Source of the DNA: Geosiphon pyriformis uo1
Taxonomy: Eukaryota; Fungi; Glomeromycota
Assembly (NCBI GenBank): GCA_016748015.1
Contig: JAAOMT010000588.1
Span: 1-33,355, forward strand
Length of the DNA: 33,355 nt
Direction: 5' to 3'
Shown: one piece after another, positions 1-13,076 of the stretch
Position numbering within the stretch: the stretch's first letter is position 1
Layout of the letters: each line of letters begins with the position of its first letter
The notes under the pieces: model-generated
Seen by the model: the letters and a program-made list of their open reading frames with translations, nothing else
Database searches by the model: none
What the model was told of the DNA's origin: nothing
Program-made: the position numbers and the translations under genes

Positions 1-1255
1 GAAGGGGAAAAAAAAAAAAAAAAAAAAAAGCATTTGAACTCTATTCAAAAGCAACAGAGGCGGGGTATTTAGATGCACAATACAATCTTGCAGTTTGTTA
101 TGCTAATGGAGAAGGAACGACAAAAAATTCAGAAAAAGCATTTGAACTCTATTCAAAAGCAGCAGAGGCGGGAGATCTAGATGCACTATATAATCTTGCA
201 GTTTGTTATAATAATGGAGAAGGAACGATAAAAAATTTAGAAAAAGCATTTGAACTCTATTTAAAAGCAGCAGAGGCGGGACATTTAAAGGCACAATACA
301 ATCTTGAATTTTGTTATGCTAGTGGAGAAGGAACGACAAAAAATTCAGAAATAGCATTTGAACTCTATTTAAAGCAACAGAGGCGGGACATTTAAATGCA
401 CAATATAACCTTGCACTTTGTAATAATGGAGAAGGAAAGATGAGAAATTCAGTTGAGGTATTTCCTTTTAAGAAATCTATGTGATTCTTATTATTCCTAG
501 TTCTTATCTAACACTAAAAACTATATTTGTATAGTTCATGGACATCATAAAAGCGCCACATGCAAATACATCCTTGAATGCTATGGAACCACAAAAAACG
601 TTACAACTGATGAATTTTCTATGGTTCTACCATTTGCCGAACATGGGGACCTTAGAACTTTTCTCGAGAACAACGAAAACACTCTTATTAGGGCATGTTT
701 CTTCATATTCTTTTTCAAATCGCCAGAAGCCTAAGATTTATACATGCATCAAAACTGGTGCGTGGGGACTTGCATCCTGAAAATATCTTTGTATTGAAAA
801 CGAACCCCTTAATAGTTGTCATTTCTGATCTTGTACTCTGTCGTCCTGCAGATGACACTCCACAGTCTGGAAAAATTTACAGTGTTCTTGAGTATCTTGC
901 GCCCAAAATTTGCAAAGGGGGTTTCGGACTAAGTATAGCGATATATACAACTTTGCCATCATTTCCAGTGAAATTATTTCGGAAGAAAGACCTTTGAATA
1001 ATACGGATTCTATTTACGTGCGATTTGATGTGATTTATGAAGGCGTCCTATAATCAAAAAACATACACCTCAATGTATTCACGTATTCTCGTGATACTGC
1101 AAACAGCTTCAACATAGAGTTATTGCTGCTCGTGATAATTGTAACTTAAATCAACCCATCCGTGAAAAAATACTTTATTCTGACGAGACACAAGATGCGA
1201 TGCGAGACAAGATACAGAAGCCGGTTAACCTCAAAACCAGAATTTTCTACAAATG
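1..1255 (+). pseudogene. 3' part of a Sel1-like repeat (SLR) + protein kinase (TKL-like) gene, disrupted; 5' end lies outside the window
   Basis: 30-450 reads [34 protein letters not shown] about 4 times, with a frameshift at ~370. There is a GT..AG intron at 458-534. The kinase remnant reads IARSLRFIHASKLVRGDLHPENIFV...ISDLVLCRP...YSVLEYLAPKI (HGDLH, DLG and APE motifs degenerate) across several frameshifts, with a GTAAG donor at 1256. Confidence 0.85.
30..450 (+). repeat. 108-bp tandem repeat encoding 36-aa Sel1 repeats (~4 copies)
   Basis: GCATTTGAACTCTATT recurs at 30, 138, 246 and 354. Confidence 0.9.
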
Positions 1256-1449
1256 GTAAGCGTTTCATTTATTATTATTGAAATAAGTTTAGTTTTGGTA
1301 AACTCTTTCTTAAACTTTTTGGTAAACTTTGCATGGACTTTAATCTTTCAAAACAAAAAGTTACTATTAGTATTTATTTATTTCCCAGAATGTATTAGAT
1401 TTTTATCATTAAGCTATTTTTTTATTGGAGTTTTTCATTAATTCTTTTT

Positions 1450-4400
1450 TAATTTTTAAAGCAATAATGAGTATGAATATATAAATTAAGATAAATGAAG
1501 AATTATTTTCTTAATTAACACTTAACAGCATTATATATGTTATTGATTTCTTTATATATTTACTAATTAATTTTTGTATATATTATTAATTTCTAGTTAT
1601 TTAATAAAGAAAATTTTTAAATTGATTTTTAATAATTGTTTAATATACTTGAAAAAAATAGACTTTAAACAATAATCTAGAATTCTTAACAACATTATTA
1701 TTGTAAAGTAAATTTAAAATATTGGTAGTATTTTAATGTTGCTAATTTAATGATTGCCATTTTGGATACATTTCAACATATTAATTCTTAAAAAAACATT
1801 AATTATTAATAAATGTATTTTTCTACCTTGAATAACTTAATCCAAACCGTTTATAAATGTTGTATACCCAATTTTACTTTCTAAATTATAGTTGTAGTTT
1901 AAAAAAGTCAAATTTTTTTAAAGAAATTATTAATAGTATTTTATTCTGTGTTTTAGAAGATATATCTTGATTTTCGTATTAAAACTACTTTTTAAAAGGT
2001 TGTAAACAATCTATATTTTTTATTTTTTATTAATAATGAAATAAAATAATTAAAAAATTATTAAAAATAAGTTAATTAATTTTAAAGCTATTAGTTTATA
2101 GAAAAAAATAATATTTTAAAGAAATAATTGATTTTTGTTTTTTCAAAATAAGAATTTTTTATATATGTTTGAGTAACATTAATTTAAATTATATATTGTA
2201 CAAATTGAATTATTAATTAAATAAAAATTATAAAAATAACTTAATGCTAATTTGACCCAAATTTTAATTAGTAATACTGGTGTTTGATTTGCTTAGAAAA
2301 TTTATAAAAGTTCAAGAATATAATATGTATCTTTTAGACGTTAATTAAAATAAATGATAATATTGAATTTTTTATAAGTAAAGAGATTTTAAATAAGCTA
2401 TTAGTTCTATCAAAATTTAGATAAGGTGAATTTTTTGGAAAAATACAACTTTATAAATAAAATGGATGCAAAAGAACTATTTCTAGTACTAACTTAGTAT
2501 AACTGGCTACGAGTTATTAAAATGCAATCTACATTTAATATGTAATATTTGGATTTTAAAAAAATAGTTAAAGCATAAAAAATAAAAACTTAATCAAAAT
2601 AAATCATATTTTTTAATAAATTTTTCTTTGAATTTTAAGAATCATATATAAGTATTGGTTATATAGAACAGTACATGTTTACAAGTTATAAATAAACTTC
2701 ACTTTTCAAAAAATTTCTTATTTTTGGATATCAAAAAAATGTTTTTTTGCATTTAGCTCAAATTTTTTTAACATAAAACTTGCTTTTACAATATAATTAA
2801 GAACCTTAATGCTTTATTTAAAAAAAAATATTCCAAACCGTTCAAACAAACAAAACTAAAATGTATTTTCTTAAAAACACACAAAATACTATGATAAACA
2901 TTGAAAATATTAAACAAGTATTAAAAAAAGCTAAGATCAAATATAAAAAATATATGGAGAAACTAAATAGATTAAAAAAAAACTTAGACTGATATTGATA
3001 AGAAAAAGACATAAATAAAAAAAAAGCTGAAAAAAGAACTAAAGAATTTAAAAATAGACAAAAATAAGTAGAAAGTACAGATATAAAACCTACAAAATGG
3101 TTTAAAAGAAAAACAGACAGTTAATAACTTTATTAACCAAGATTAAGAAATAAAATAAAGTAAAAAATTTACAGAAATTACTTTTTTATCTATTATTTTT
3201 TGTTTATTTGATTAATTCATTTCTGTTTCTTGCTTTTAAAATCATTTTGCATTTAACTTTACAAAAAAAATTTTTGATCTATCTTAACTTAAGTTTTATT
3301 AAGTAAAATTTATATTATATTATCTTAGCATATTGTGTGTTTTTATACACTATATTCTTTTTATTAATATAATTTTAACTTAATTATCAGTATAAATATT
3401 AAATAATCAAACCAAATAATTCTAAGTTTATTTGAAACTTTATAAACAAGAATTAAAAAATATTATAAAAACTATAGCACAAAATCTTAAAACAAGATAC
3501 ATATTTTTTTATTTTTTTTCTTAAAAAAATTGAAAATACTTAAGTATTCTATATTAGTTTAAAATAGTATTATCTAAAAAAAAGCATTTTAATCAAATTT
3601 TTATTTAGTTATTAATATTTAAATGTTTTTACAACTTCTTTATAAAAAAGTAAATTTAGATAATATTATTGTAAAATATGAATATTTATTTTTATAAAAA
3701 TTCTGAAATTAATTATTAAACAACACATATTATACTTAAAAAATATAATAGTTTTTTTGGTTATTAATAGTTTACAAAAGACTATTAAATTATTAAATGA
3801 TAAATTAAAACAGCTTTTTTAGTTTTCATATATCTTATTTAGTATTATAGATTTTGTATTATAAAGTATTTTTTTTTTTATGCTGTACTGGTTTTATTAA
3901 ATAATTTTCAATAATTTTCTTTAATTTAACATATATCTACCTATTTTTTTTCTTTATTTTTCTAGTATTCTCAAAGACAAAACTAATAAAAATAATTTTC
4001 AAGATAATTATATTTTGAACATTTTTATAAATAATAAAAAATTCGAAGTATTAAAAACATTTTTGAATAAGTATAATATTAAATGTTGTAATATAAATAA
4101 TTTTATAAATAATTTTTGTTATAATTTTTTTATCAATACATTAATGTTTTTTATCAATACATTAATGTTTTTTATCTTAGTAATAAAGAAGTTTAGATTA
4201 TTATATTTTGACATGTTTCTTTCTAATACAATTAAAACATTCTTATAAGTTATTTAATATAAACTAATTTTGATTAAATAGATTATCTACAAAAAAATAT
4301 CTTATTGTTTTATATATTTGAATCTGAATATTAGTACAGCAAGTTTTCAAAAAAGATAACTTATTATTTTGAGATTTGTAGTTAAATAACTATAGAAAAT

Positions 4401-5000
4401 ACAATGTAATTATAAAGTCTATTTACCATTAAAGTTTCAATTTTGGAAGAAATTTAAATATTTTATTGCAATATTTTGTTGTTTAAAATTACAGTTATTA
4501 AATAAAAATAAATAAACAACAATCAAAAAAATTCATGTTTAAACAGCTTTTGAAAATAATAGTAATATAAAATTTGTAATTCATTATATGAACTTACAAA
4601 TTGCCCAACATTAACAAAAAACAAATTTTAAGTTGTATTTATTTAATCTATAAAATATTAATTATAAAGACAAAACAACAATTAATGTTTGATAATACAA
4701 ATACTTTATTATTAATAAATCAAGTACAGAAGCTAATAATATTTTTCAATATTTAGACCAGCTACATACATCTTATGTTATTGCTATTGAAATCAATAAA
4801 TGCAAAAATGGGCAAAAACAACTTGTATTAATTTTATAGTGCAATATGAAAAAGAACGAAATAAAATAATATCTAAAAAGCCATTTAAAAATATTGAAAA
4901 AGTAATAACAAGAACAAATATATCTAAAGAACTAATAGAAAATATTACAACAAGATATTTTATGTAAATAGCTTTTATGTTTCAAAAAACAATAAATAAT
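1450..5000. mobile_element. Block of heavily C>T/G>A-decayed, apparently intronless reading frames on both strands; origin unknown (possibly a large DNA transposon or virus-like element)
   Basis: Long protein-like frames broken by scattered stops at about 1620-1990 (-), 2245-2695 (+), 2861-3100 (+, coiled-coil-like), 3230-4200 (-) and 4405-4968 (+). No recognisable motif. Confidence 0.35.
4127..4176. repeat. 21-bp tandem repeat (~2.3 copies), heptad DKKH*CI on the minus strand
   Basis: TTTTTATCAATACATTAATGT repeated directly. Confidence 0.8.
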
Positions 5001-6274
5001 ATTAACATAGTTTCAGAATGGCTTATTTTATTTGTTATAAAATAATTTAGAGCTTGCAAAATTACATTATTTGGAGTGTTTCGAATTTTTAAAATTTCAT
5101 TTTATTGACAATTTACTAATGCCAAGTCGGAGTTGTATTTAAATTATATCATAGATATTTTAGCAACCCTATTTTCAGTCATATGTTTATTGGCTTAAAC
5201 AGTATTCACAGTAAATATTACTAACCAATTATCAGGTTATAAAGCAATTTACAAATAAATAAGTTAAGTAAATGATTAGCAGAAAGCCAATAATTAATAT
5301 ACATATAAAAAAATAGTTACTTGATATTTTTAAGTTTTTAAAAATAGTATTTAAATAATTATTTTATTATATTATTAAATTTTAAAAAACCAAATAAATT
5401 CTACATAAAAATATAAATACATGACAAATAAAAAATTATGAGCAAATATTAAAAAATTCTGTATTTTTTAGAACTAGACTATTGCTGTAGTTGTTTGATC
5501 AAAATGTCTAAAAAAGAATTTGCCAAATTGCAAGAAGCTTTTAAAGCTCTGGTAAAAAAAAACTTTTTTTTAAGTAGATGGTAGTATAAAAAGAATGCCA
5601 TAATAAAAACATGGCTACTACACATACTGGAATCAACGCTCCACAAAAAATCTTTTGATATAATTAATTTAAATTTTTGGGACCAGCTATTATATTTTAT
5701 TTTATAGCGTTCACCGTTCAAATTATCAAACAATTAAAAATTCGATGAAAGTACTAATTCTAGCAACTCTGATGTAATTTTCAGAAAGTTTATGAATTCT
5801 TAGTGAGAGTAATGTGTTTTTAAAAGTTGGCTTGAGCTTAATTTGATAATAAAAGCATTATATCAAGCAATTTTTTTTTACCCAAACTAATTTTTCAATA
5901 TGCACATTTTTTTTTAGCTCTGAATAATTATCTCAAAATTAAAGATTATCAAAGGTGACCTAATATCATTTATAGTGAATAAAGTTTGATGAATAAGGAC
6001 ATTTTTTGTAAGAGAAACAATATAAATACAAACTTTGATTTTAAGAAGTTACTTTCTAAATTTAAAATTAACAAACATTTAAAAAAAGCCTCTTTTACTA
6101 TATATTATTCAGTTTTATCATTTATCCGGATTTATTCATATTTATCCAAACAATCGATAAAAAATTATTGGAGGGAGGGGGGGGTAAGGAACTAATGAAA
6201 TGATTTCAGATTGTAATTCAAGAAATTTGTTCACAGTAACATAAATCCTGTAAACAAATGACGAGTGTTTTAAA

Positions 6275-6883
6275 TTAACGTAGAGCTTTTTCCTCGTTTT
6301 TCATTGTTCCTAATCCTTTTTGATAGCACCCTCCAAGATTGTTTTGTGCCATTATATTACCCGCCTCTGCTGCTTTTGAATATAGTTTGAATGCTTTACT
6401 CCCGTTTTTCATTGTTCCTAATCCTTTTTGATAGCACCATCCAAGATTGTTTTGTGCCTTTAAATGTCCCACCTCTGCTGCTTTTGAATAGAGTTCGAAC
6501 GCTTTTCCTCTATTTTGTGAGACACCAATTCCATTGCTGTAACAATCACCTAAAAATAATTGTCCAAAAGAATCCTCTGCATTTGCTGCTTTCTGAAATT
6601 CTAAAAATGCTTTTGTTAAATTAGAGATAGTTCCAATCCTATGTTCTAAAAAAAAGCCGAGCAAAACATAGTCTATCGAATGCTTTAAACTTTTATTTTT
6701 CAAATGATTGAATAAGTTTTCAGGTTTTTTCTGATTGCGTTCAAGATATTTTTTCACCAAGTTAGCAACTTTTGAATATTCATCAGCTGGAAAACTAGCC
6801 AAATTTTCTTTGATAACAATCAATACTCCTTCAAGCCAGTCGAGGGGTGAAGTTGCATTTTCAATTGATGATTTTGAAGACAT
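6275..6883 (-). CDS. Sel1-like repeat protein, 202 aa, probably C-terminally truncated
   Basis: ATG-initiated ORF with a helical N-terminus followed by ~4 SLRs ([33 protein letters not shown]). It stops mid-repeat (NEEKALR*). Confidence 0.8.
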   Translation of the reverse strand: MSSKSSIENATSPLDWLEGVLIVIKENLASFPADEYSKVANLVKKYLERNQKKPENLFNHLKNKSLKHSIDYVLLGFFLEHRIGTISNLTKAFLEFQKAANAEDSFGQLFLGDCYSNGIGVSQNRGKAFELYSKAAEVGHLKAQNNLGWCYQKGLGTMKNGSKAFKLYSKAAEAGNIMAQNNLGGCYQKGLGTMKNEEKALR

Positions 6884-9800
6884 GATTGAATATTTTGTAT
6901 GTGTAAGGAAGAATTATTGAAGAGTTTGTCTTGCTATTAAATTAGGATTTCAATCTATAATCACATTCCCGAAAAGGCTGGCCCTGAAGAAATCTGAAAC
7001 GCTAGAAAGTTCATTCCATCATTTACATTCTTAAACAGGTAGAAATCAAAGCCGCAAAAAGGCTAACTAGGCTTATCATTATCTTATTGCTATTTTAATT
7101 ACACTCTGTTTGGTGATTGCCGATTTCAATACAAGGTTGGAGATGGTTTTTGCTAGCCCTAGCTGCCTTCTTTAATATAATTTCTTTGTAATGCTTATCT
7201 TAGATTTCAGTCGATAAAACCAATTTAATTAAACGAATATTTAGGAAACTGCTTTGTGAATTTTATTAATAGATTAACATGAAAAATTCTAAAGTTGGGT
7301 TAACTCAAGATTGTTATCTGTTTTAACCATCTTTTACCTCAATTAGTACATGAATATATAATGCTAATGCACGCATATCTACTAACTCAAGATTTCCGAC
7401 CACTTGCATATAAACTTTTAAGATTTTGTCAATTAATGTATGCTAGATGAAATCTACTTATAGAAGCTAACCCGTATACATCTTTGCTTTAAGATGATGT
7501 ATTTTTGAAATGTAAAATTTGGCAGAATAAAGAACATTTTAGCTTCAATAAAACAATTATTTAAAGAAAAATATTTTCCCCACGTATATTAATATTCAAA
7601 TTCCAGAATATTAATAAAGCTTGGTTCCATTCATTGACATTTAGGAATGTCACAATATTATACATATATCTTTACATAAAGATATTGAAACTCTTAATTC
7701 AAACGCATTTTTAAATAAAAAATTCTTTATCAGGTTATGTTATTATAGGTTTTATAAATAAATTGATCCTTGCCAGTCAAAGCGACTGATGACAAAAGTG
7801 ATATTATCACGAGGGATCTGATGTCCAATCAGGTAAGTGCGATATGTACTTTGATAGGATTTATTGTTGGGGTTGCATCTGACAACTACAAAAGATGGTT
7901 AGCACCTTCTTTGTGTTCCACTTGGCTTTGTTGTAATCTATGCATACAGTCTGATACTTTATTTTATATACCACATTTGTAAAGAAAACATATGAAACTC
8001 ATATGACACGCATGTGCATGTGACAAGCAGCATACCTCTTTCATAGTCTTTCAATAAAAGTTATACATCTCGAGCGAAAATAATTTTTTTTTTAATTGAT
8101 TAATGTTTAAATGAAGTTGATTCAATTATTAGAACAAATTTCTTTTAAACTACTTTGGATTCTTAAAAACAAACTCTTGCTGGCATTAAAATTAAAGAGA
8201 ATCTCAAACATGAAGGCTTTTTTATGTATTTCCAGCCAAAAAGCATATTCATGTTGTGATACCACTTTTTTTCTTTCACTCCATAGCAAACATGATCTGC
8301 TTATTTTTAAAGGTTGGAAAAGATGCCTTACTGTGAGAAGGTTCTAAAACTTTTTATTATACAAACATGCTATTTTATGATTTTCTTATTAAGATTTATC
8401 AATTAATATGTGAGGAAGAGTCCCAAGAAATCTCGAATTAATTAAAAGTGAAAGTACTGAGAGTAGTTGTCTACTAAAAATTTTCAAGTTCAACTAGTCT
8501 CCAAACATCAATTACTAATAAAAAAAAAGGTTTAGTATTGCTTTGTTTCGTCGTTTTATAGAATCGGACCTGTCTTAATTGAATCTAAGCAGTCTTTCAC
8601 AAATGAAGTTCCAACCCTAATCCTTATAATATTCAAATCATTCGAACGTTTTAAATAATAAAAACTTTGAGTTTTTTGCCTATTAAAAAATGTTATTAAG
8701 CCTAAAATACATTTTACTAAATAGTCATTTATTTTAATCGTGGTTTCTTGTTACTTTTTTGTTTTAAATTAAAATTTTACAGGCTTTTTAAAATATCATA
8801 AATTCATCAAGGAGATTTTAGTAGATGCTTTTTTACTTATTGTAGCAAATATATTTTTAATATATTCTTAAAGATGATGGTTACATCTTTAAAATAAGAC
8901 TCAGAAAATAGTTTTGTCAAAGTTTTTTTTTTTAACTATCAAAGTCCTCATGAGCAGTTTTATTTTTGTAAAGAATAAATAAATAACTATTTAACGCATA
9001 TAAAATACTAATCAAACTGCTTCTAATTAAAAAGATTTCTGAATTTTGAATATTGATTACAGATTCCCAATAAAAAAACTGTCATCATAGCTCATTATTA
9101 TGTTTGGTTAAATTAATACAGAATTCTTTTTGTCTAAACTATTCCAAAAAGTATTGATATAAAACTATATAGCTGCTGTTATTATGTTATCATATTTTTT
9201 TTATTAAATGATAAATTATGCTCAATTTAAAAAATTAGCAGTCAAATTCTTTGAAAATTTTCAAAAAGGGCAAATTGGGCACTCAAATTTTGCCTTTTTT
9301 TCATAAAATACTTTAGAAATTGAATAAAGTTGTACAAAATTCAAAGAGATGATTTAATAATGCTAAAAATATGAATTTATTTGTGAAACTCAAAAGAGGC
9401 ATCTTGGATATTTAGCAAGAAAAAAATCCTTGTTTAGGACATAAGGTTTGTTCAATTTTTTCAAATAATGGCACATTATGCAAAGCAGTGTATTTTGCTA
9501 AAGTACATGAAATTAATGGTATAAAACTTTATAGGGGCAAATTTTTGAAATTATGAAAAAAGCTCAATTTCTACTGATTTTCAGCTAGGTTGTCAGCGAA
9601 AACAGCACAGAAGAAATCCAAAACTGAATTACTGTGTATATTAAAAGTGAATAACTTTATAGTGAGCTTTGCAACTCTGACTATTCAGTTTCTTATGGAG
9701 AAATAAAAACATTTAAGTTGGAATCAAAAATTTAAGTGACACAAAACAAAAAATGAGTAGGCGATGCAAAAGGTTCAATACATGAAATTAGTGGTGGTAG

Positions 9801-11595
9801 GTTTCTAAAGAAGCTCTTTTATCAATTTTATATTTTTAGATTTTAAATGTAAACTTAAATTAATTAATAAATATCTATTTTACGCTATGTTACTAGTCTT
9901 AACTTATAAAAGAGATAACCTTAGAGCATTAATTATTATTATTATATTTGGTCAACCATGTATAAACAATTAAGTATTTGTTTTCTATATTGATAAAAAA
10001 TTCCCCAAATCTATCGAATCACAAATTATAATGATTTCAACCACATATTACAACTGATAAAGAATTATATATATATATATGTCCAAATATGGAGTTTTGG
10101 ATTCTCAAATTTTGATTGTAACAATTGCTTAGATAAATGGCCTAGAAGGAAGGAAAATTTTCAAAGTTTTGGTTTATTGCAATGAAGAAAATTTGGTTTT
10201 TTTTTAAAAATAGGTGGCTTCAATCTTTAGATCAGGATAGGGATGATATGATAACATGATAACATATGACATGTGATATTAGTATTGATTCTTTGCAACA
10301 CGTGTCATATTATAAAAACGCTTATAAAAAACTGCTAGATTTAAAATCAATTTAGAGAAAAAAACAAAATTTAATTTTATTGTAAATATAAGAATATTAT
10401 CCATAGATTAGAAGATTTTTAGATGTAAAGGATTTGTTATTTAACCATCAGATATTTTTTAGGACAAGAAAGTATTTTGAGCTTTGAATTCTTATGAAAT
10501 AAACTTTTGCATTTATGGTTAATTTTTATATTCTCTATTTGTGAATATAACAAATAATATTAAATCAATAATATATTAATTATTGATATATTAAAATGTT
10601 TAATCAAAATTGAATTAGCTTTAGAATATATTTTTAGTTTTGAAAATTTAAATATTCATATATTCATTACCTTTGAATTAATTAATTTTGTTAATTTGTT
10701 TTAGCTCATTGCAAAATATTTTGTTTTAATTTTTTCTGAAAAATTTGTAAAATAATAATAATAATTTTTATTCGTAAATACTATTGTGAAAATTTCTAGA
10801 CAAATAAATTTAATATCTTTACAAGCAAGAAATTTTTAAAACCAAAAAACCAAATTTAATTGTACATATATAAAATAAACAAAAAGAATTTTTAAATATT
10901 GATAATTTATTCTTCACCCTAAATTTTTAGAAATTAATAGGTAAATTTTTAAGATAAAATTTTTTTATTAATTTGATCAAGTTGATAACAACTTTTTATT
11001 AACCATTTATTTTTTTATTATAGATAGCTATTTAATAAAACTTTATTTTTATTTTGTTTTTAATTCATAAATAACCAGTCTTATTATAATATTAACCGTT
11101 TTTGAATCATTTGTAAGTTTTATTGTTATTATTATTTAAAGTTGTATTTTCTTTCTAATTTAGTTAAAATTTATCTTTTTCAATTATGTAGATTCCACTA
11201 ACAGCCCTTTTAAATTTAACCAAAAAAGCTAAAAAATCATTATTATGTTTTATAAACCAATATTATCCCAAATAACATTAATATTTTTTTATTAGCTATT
11301 TTTAAGATGTTCACTTTCACATTTTTGTATTTAAATACACATATATATTAAGTTTAGTATTAATATTTTATTCTTAAATTCTCCAATTTATGTTTTTAAT
11401 TGAAATATAATCCATATTTATAAATTTAAAATACAACCAAGTAATAGGATCATTGACATTAATGAAAAATAATATACGTCATTGATACACAAACTGCATT
11501 TCTGCATGAGGCTTTTATTTGTGAATAAAAAAGAATAGGTGCCTGTTGATCGTTCCATTGAATAATCAATATTTTTGACTTTATATATCTTACTA

Positions 11596-13076
11596 ATGGC
11601 ATCTAAACAACTCTTTCTCGCTTTATCTCACGATTTCGAGAACTTAATAATGGAATTTCTCTGACTTAGAATTCTCGTCGGTAAAGCGGCTAATGCTAGA
11701 ACCTTTCATGCTCATACGCAAATTTTAGCAGCGCGATCATTATATTTTGCTAAAGCTCTCTCTAATGATAGTGTTAAGAGAGAAAATAATATTATTATCC
11801 TCGCTAACACTAATATATCAGCCAGAATTTTCGAGGTGATTCTTAGGTAAGTGTATTAGTTTCTTTAAAAGTTTTTAATAGTAATGGTCACTTATTTTAT
11901 TTTTTGGATAGATATATTTATAATGGCGAAATTTCACTTAAAGAACATGGAATACTTACAATCTTGGAATTGCTGATTGCTGCTGACGAGCTTATTTTGA
12001 AAAATCTTATTGACTATCTCGAAGAATATTTAATTGAAAATCATACAAAAGAGCTAGAAGAAAACTTTGCCTCTTTGCATGAAACATCATTTACCCATGA
12101 TTCGTTCAAAAAGCTACAAGAGTTCTGCTCCCAAATAGCTGCTACCAATCCAACTTTAATCTTTAAATCCCAAGATTTCACCTCCCTCAATAAAAGTTTT
12201 CTTTCTTCGATTTTATCACGAGATGATTTTAAGATGGATGAATCAGAAATATGGGAAAAGGTTGTGGAATGGGGAGTTGCTAAATTGGGTAACAATATTA
12301 AGCCAGAAGAAATTGTAAAATGGACAGATGAAAATTTTGACATCTTTAAGGAATCAATCAAAGAGCTTCTACCTTTGATCCGGTTCTTTCATATATCTTC
12401 AGTTGACTTCTATAACAAAGTGAAGCCATTTGGGAGAATTCTACCCGGAACTTTGTATGAAGATCTTTACATATTATCTAGTACCGGGGAGTCATCAAAA
12501 ATTAGGAGACGCTCAGCCATTCCGAAAAATTGCGTCAAAGCTTCTTCAGTTGCATAATATGAGGCAGCTTGATCACTGGATTCAGTGCAAAGATGAAAAT
12601 ACTCCTTTTCAAGACCAATTTGGAAATAGTTTTAATTTGTTACTTCAAGGCAGTCGAGACGGATTCACTCCAGCTGATTTTCATCGATTATGCGATAATA
12701 AAGGAGCAACAATTAGTGTTATTAAAGTGAAAGAAACCGGTCAACTGATTGGCAGGTATAAACCAGAATCTTGGCATTCTCTCATGATTATTTAGATGGA
12801 AAAGGAAGTTTTATATTTTCACTTGGAGATGGCAAACCTAAAAATGCTAAACTTAGCAAATTTATTGGCAGCCATGGACCTTTTGGTGGCTTACGTTATG
12901 GACCTGAATTTGGCTGGTATAATCTTCATACGGAAAGTAATGATTTTCAAAATGCGCCCGGATGCTATTGTGTAAATAATGCAGAATATGAGCATGCTAT
13001 AATGCCTAATTCAGAAAATGGAAAAGTAGACTTCTTTGTCGAAGAGTATGAAGTTTTTCAAATCAGAAAACTTTAA
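11596..13076 (+). pseudogene. BTB/POZ-BACK-TLDc protein pseudogene
   Basis: ATG at 11596 (MASKQLFLALSHDFENL). BTB motifs FHAHTQILAARSLYF and FEVILR|YIYNG, with an intron at 11847-11911. BACK motif ESEIWEKVVEWG; TLDc motifs GSRDGF..FHRLCDNKG and EEYEVFQI. Frameshifts near 11655, 12470, 12525 and 12780 split it across the ORF-track pieces. Confidence 0.9.

Noticed and set aside
103-294. Minus-strand repeat ORF (also 6391-6624, 6735-6920, 12041-12361, 17070-17252)
   Set aside because: These are antisense shadows of the Sel1 or BTB coding regions.
30-450. Regularly spaced repeats resembling a CRISPR array
   Set aside because: They are whole 108-bp coding units with no unique spacers, in a eukaryotic context.
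4690-4968. Resemblance to a CRESS-virus Rep HUH domain (FIINK..YVIAIE..)
   Set aside because: The HUH histidines cannot be recovered by C>T/G>A reversal and there is no helicase motif; too weak to call.
7770-7982. GC-richer patch with a 70-aa ORF and a Cys-containing minus frame (IFCSCQ)
   Set aside because: It is short, has no ATG start and is interrupted on the minus strand; no family can be supported.
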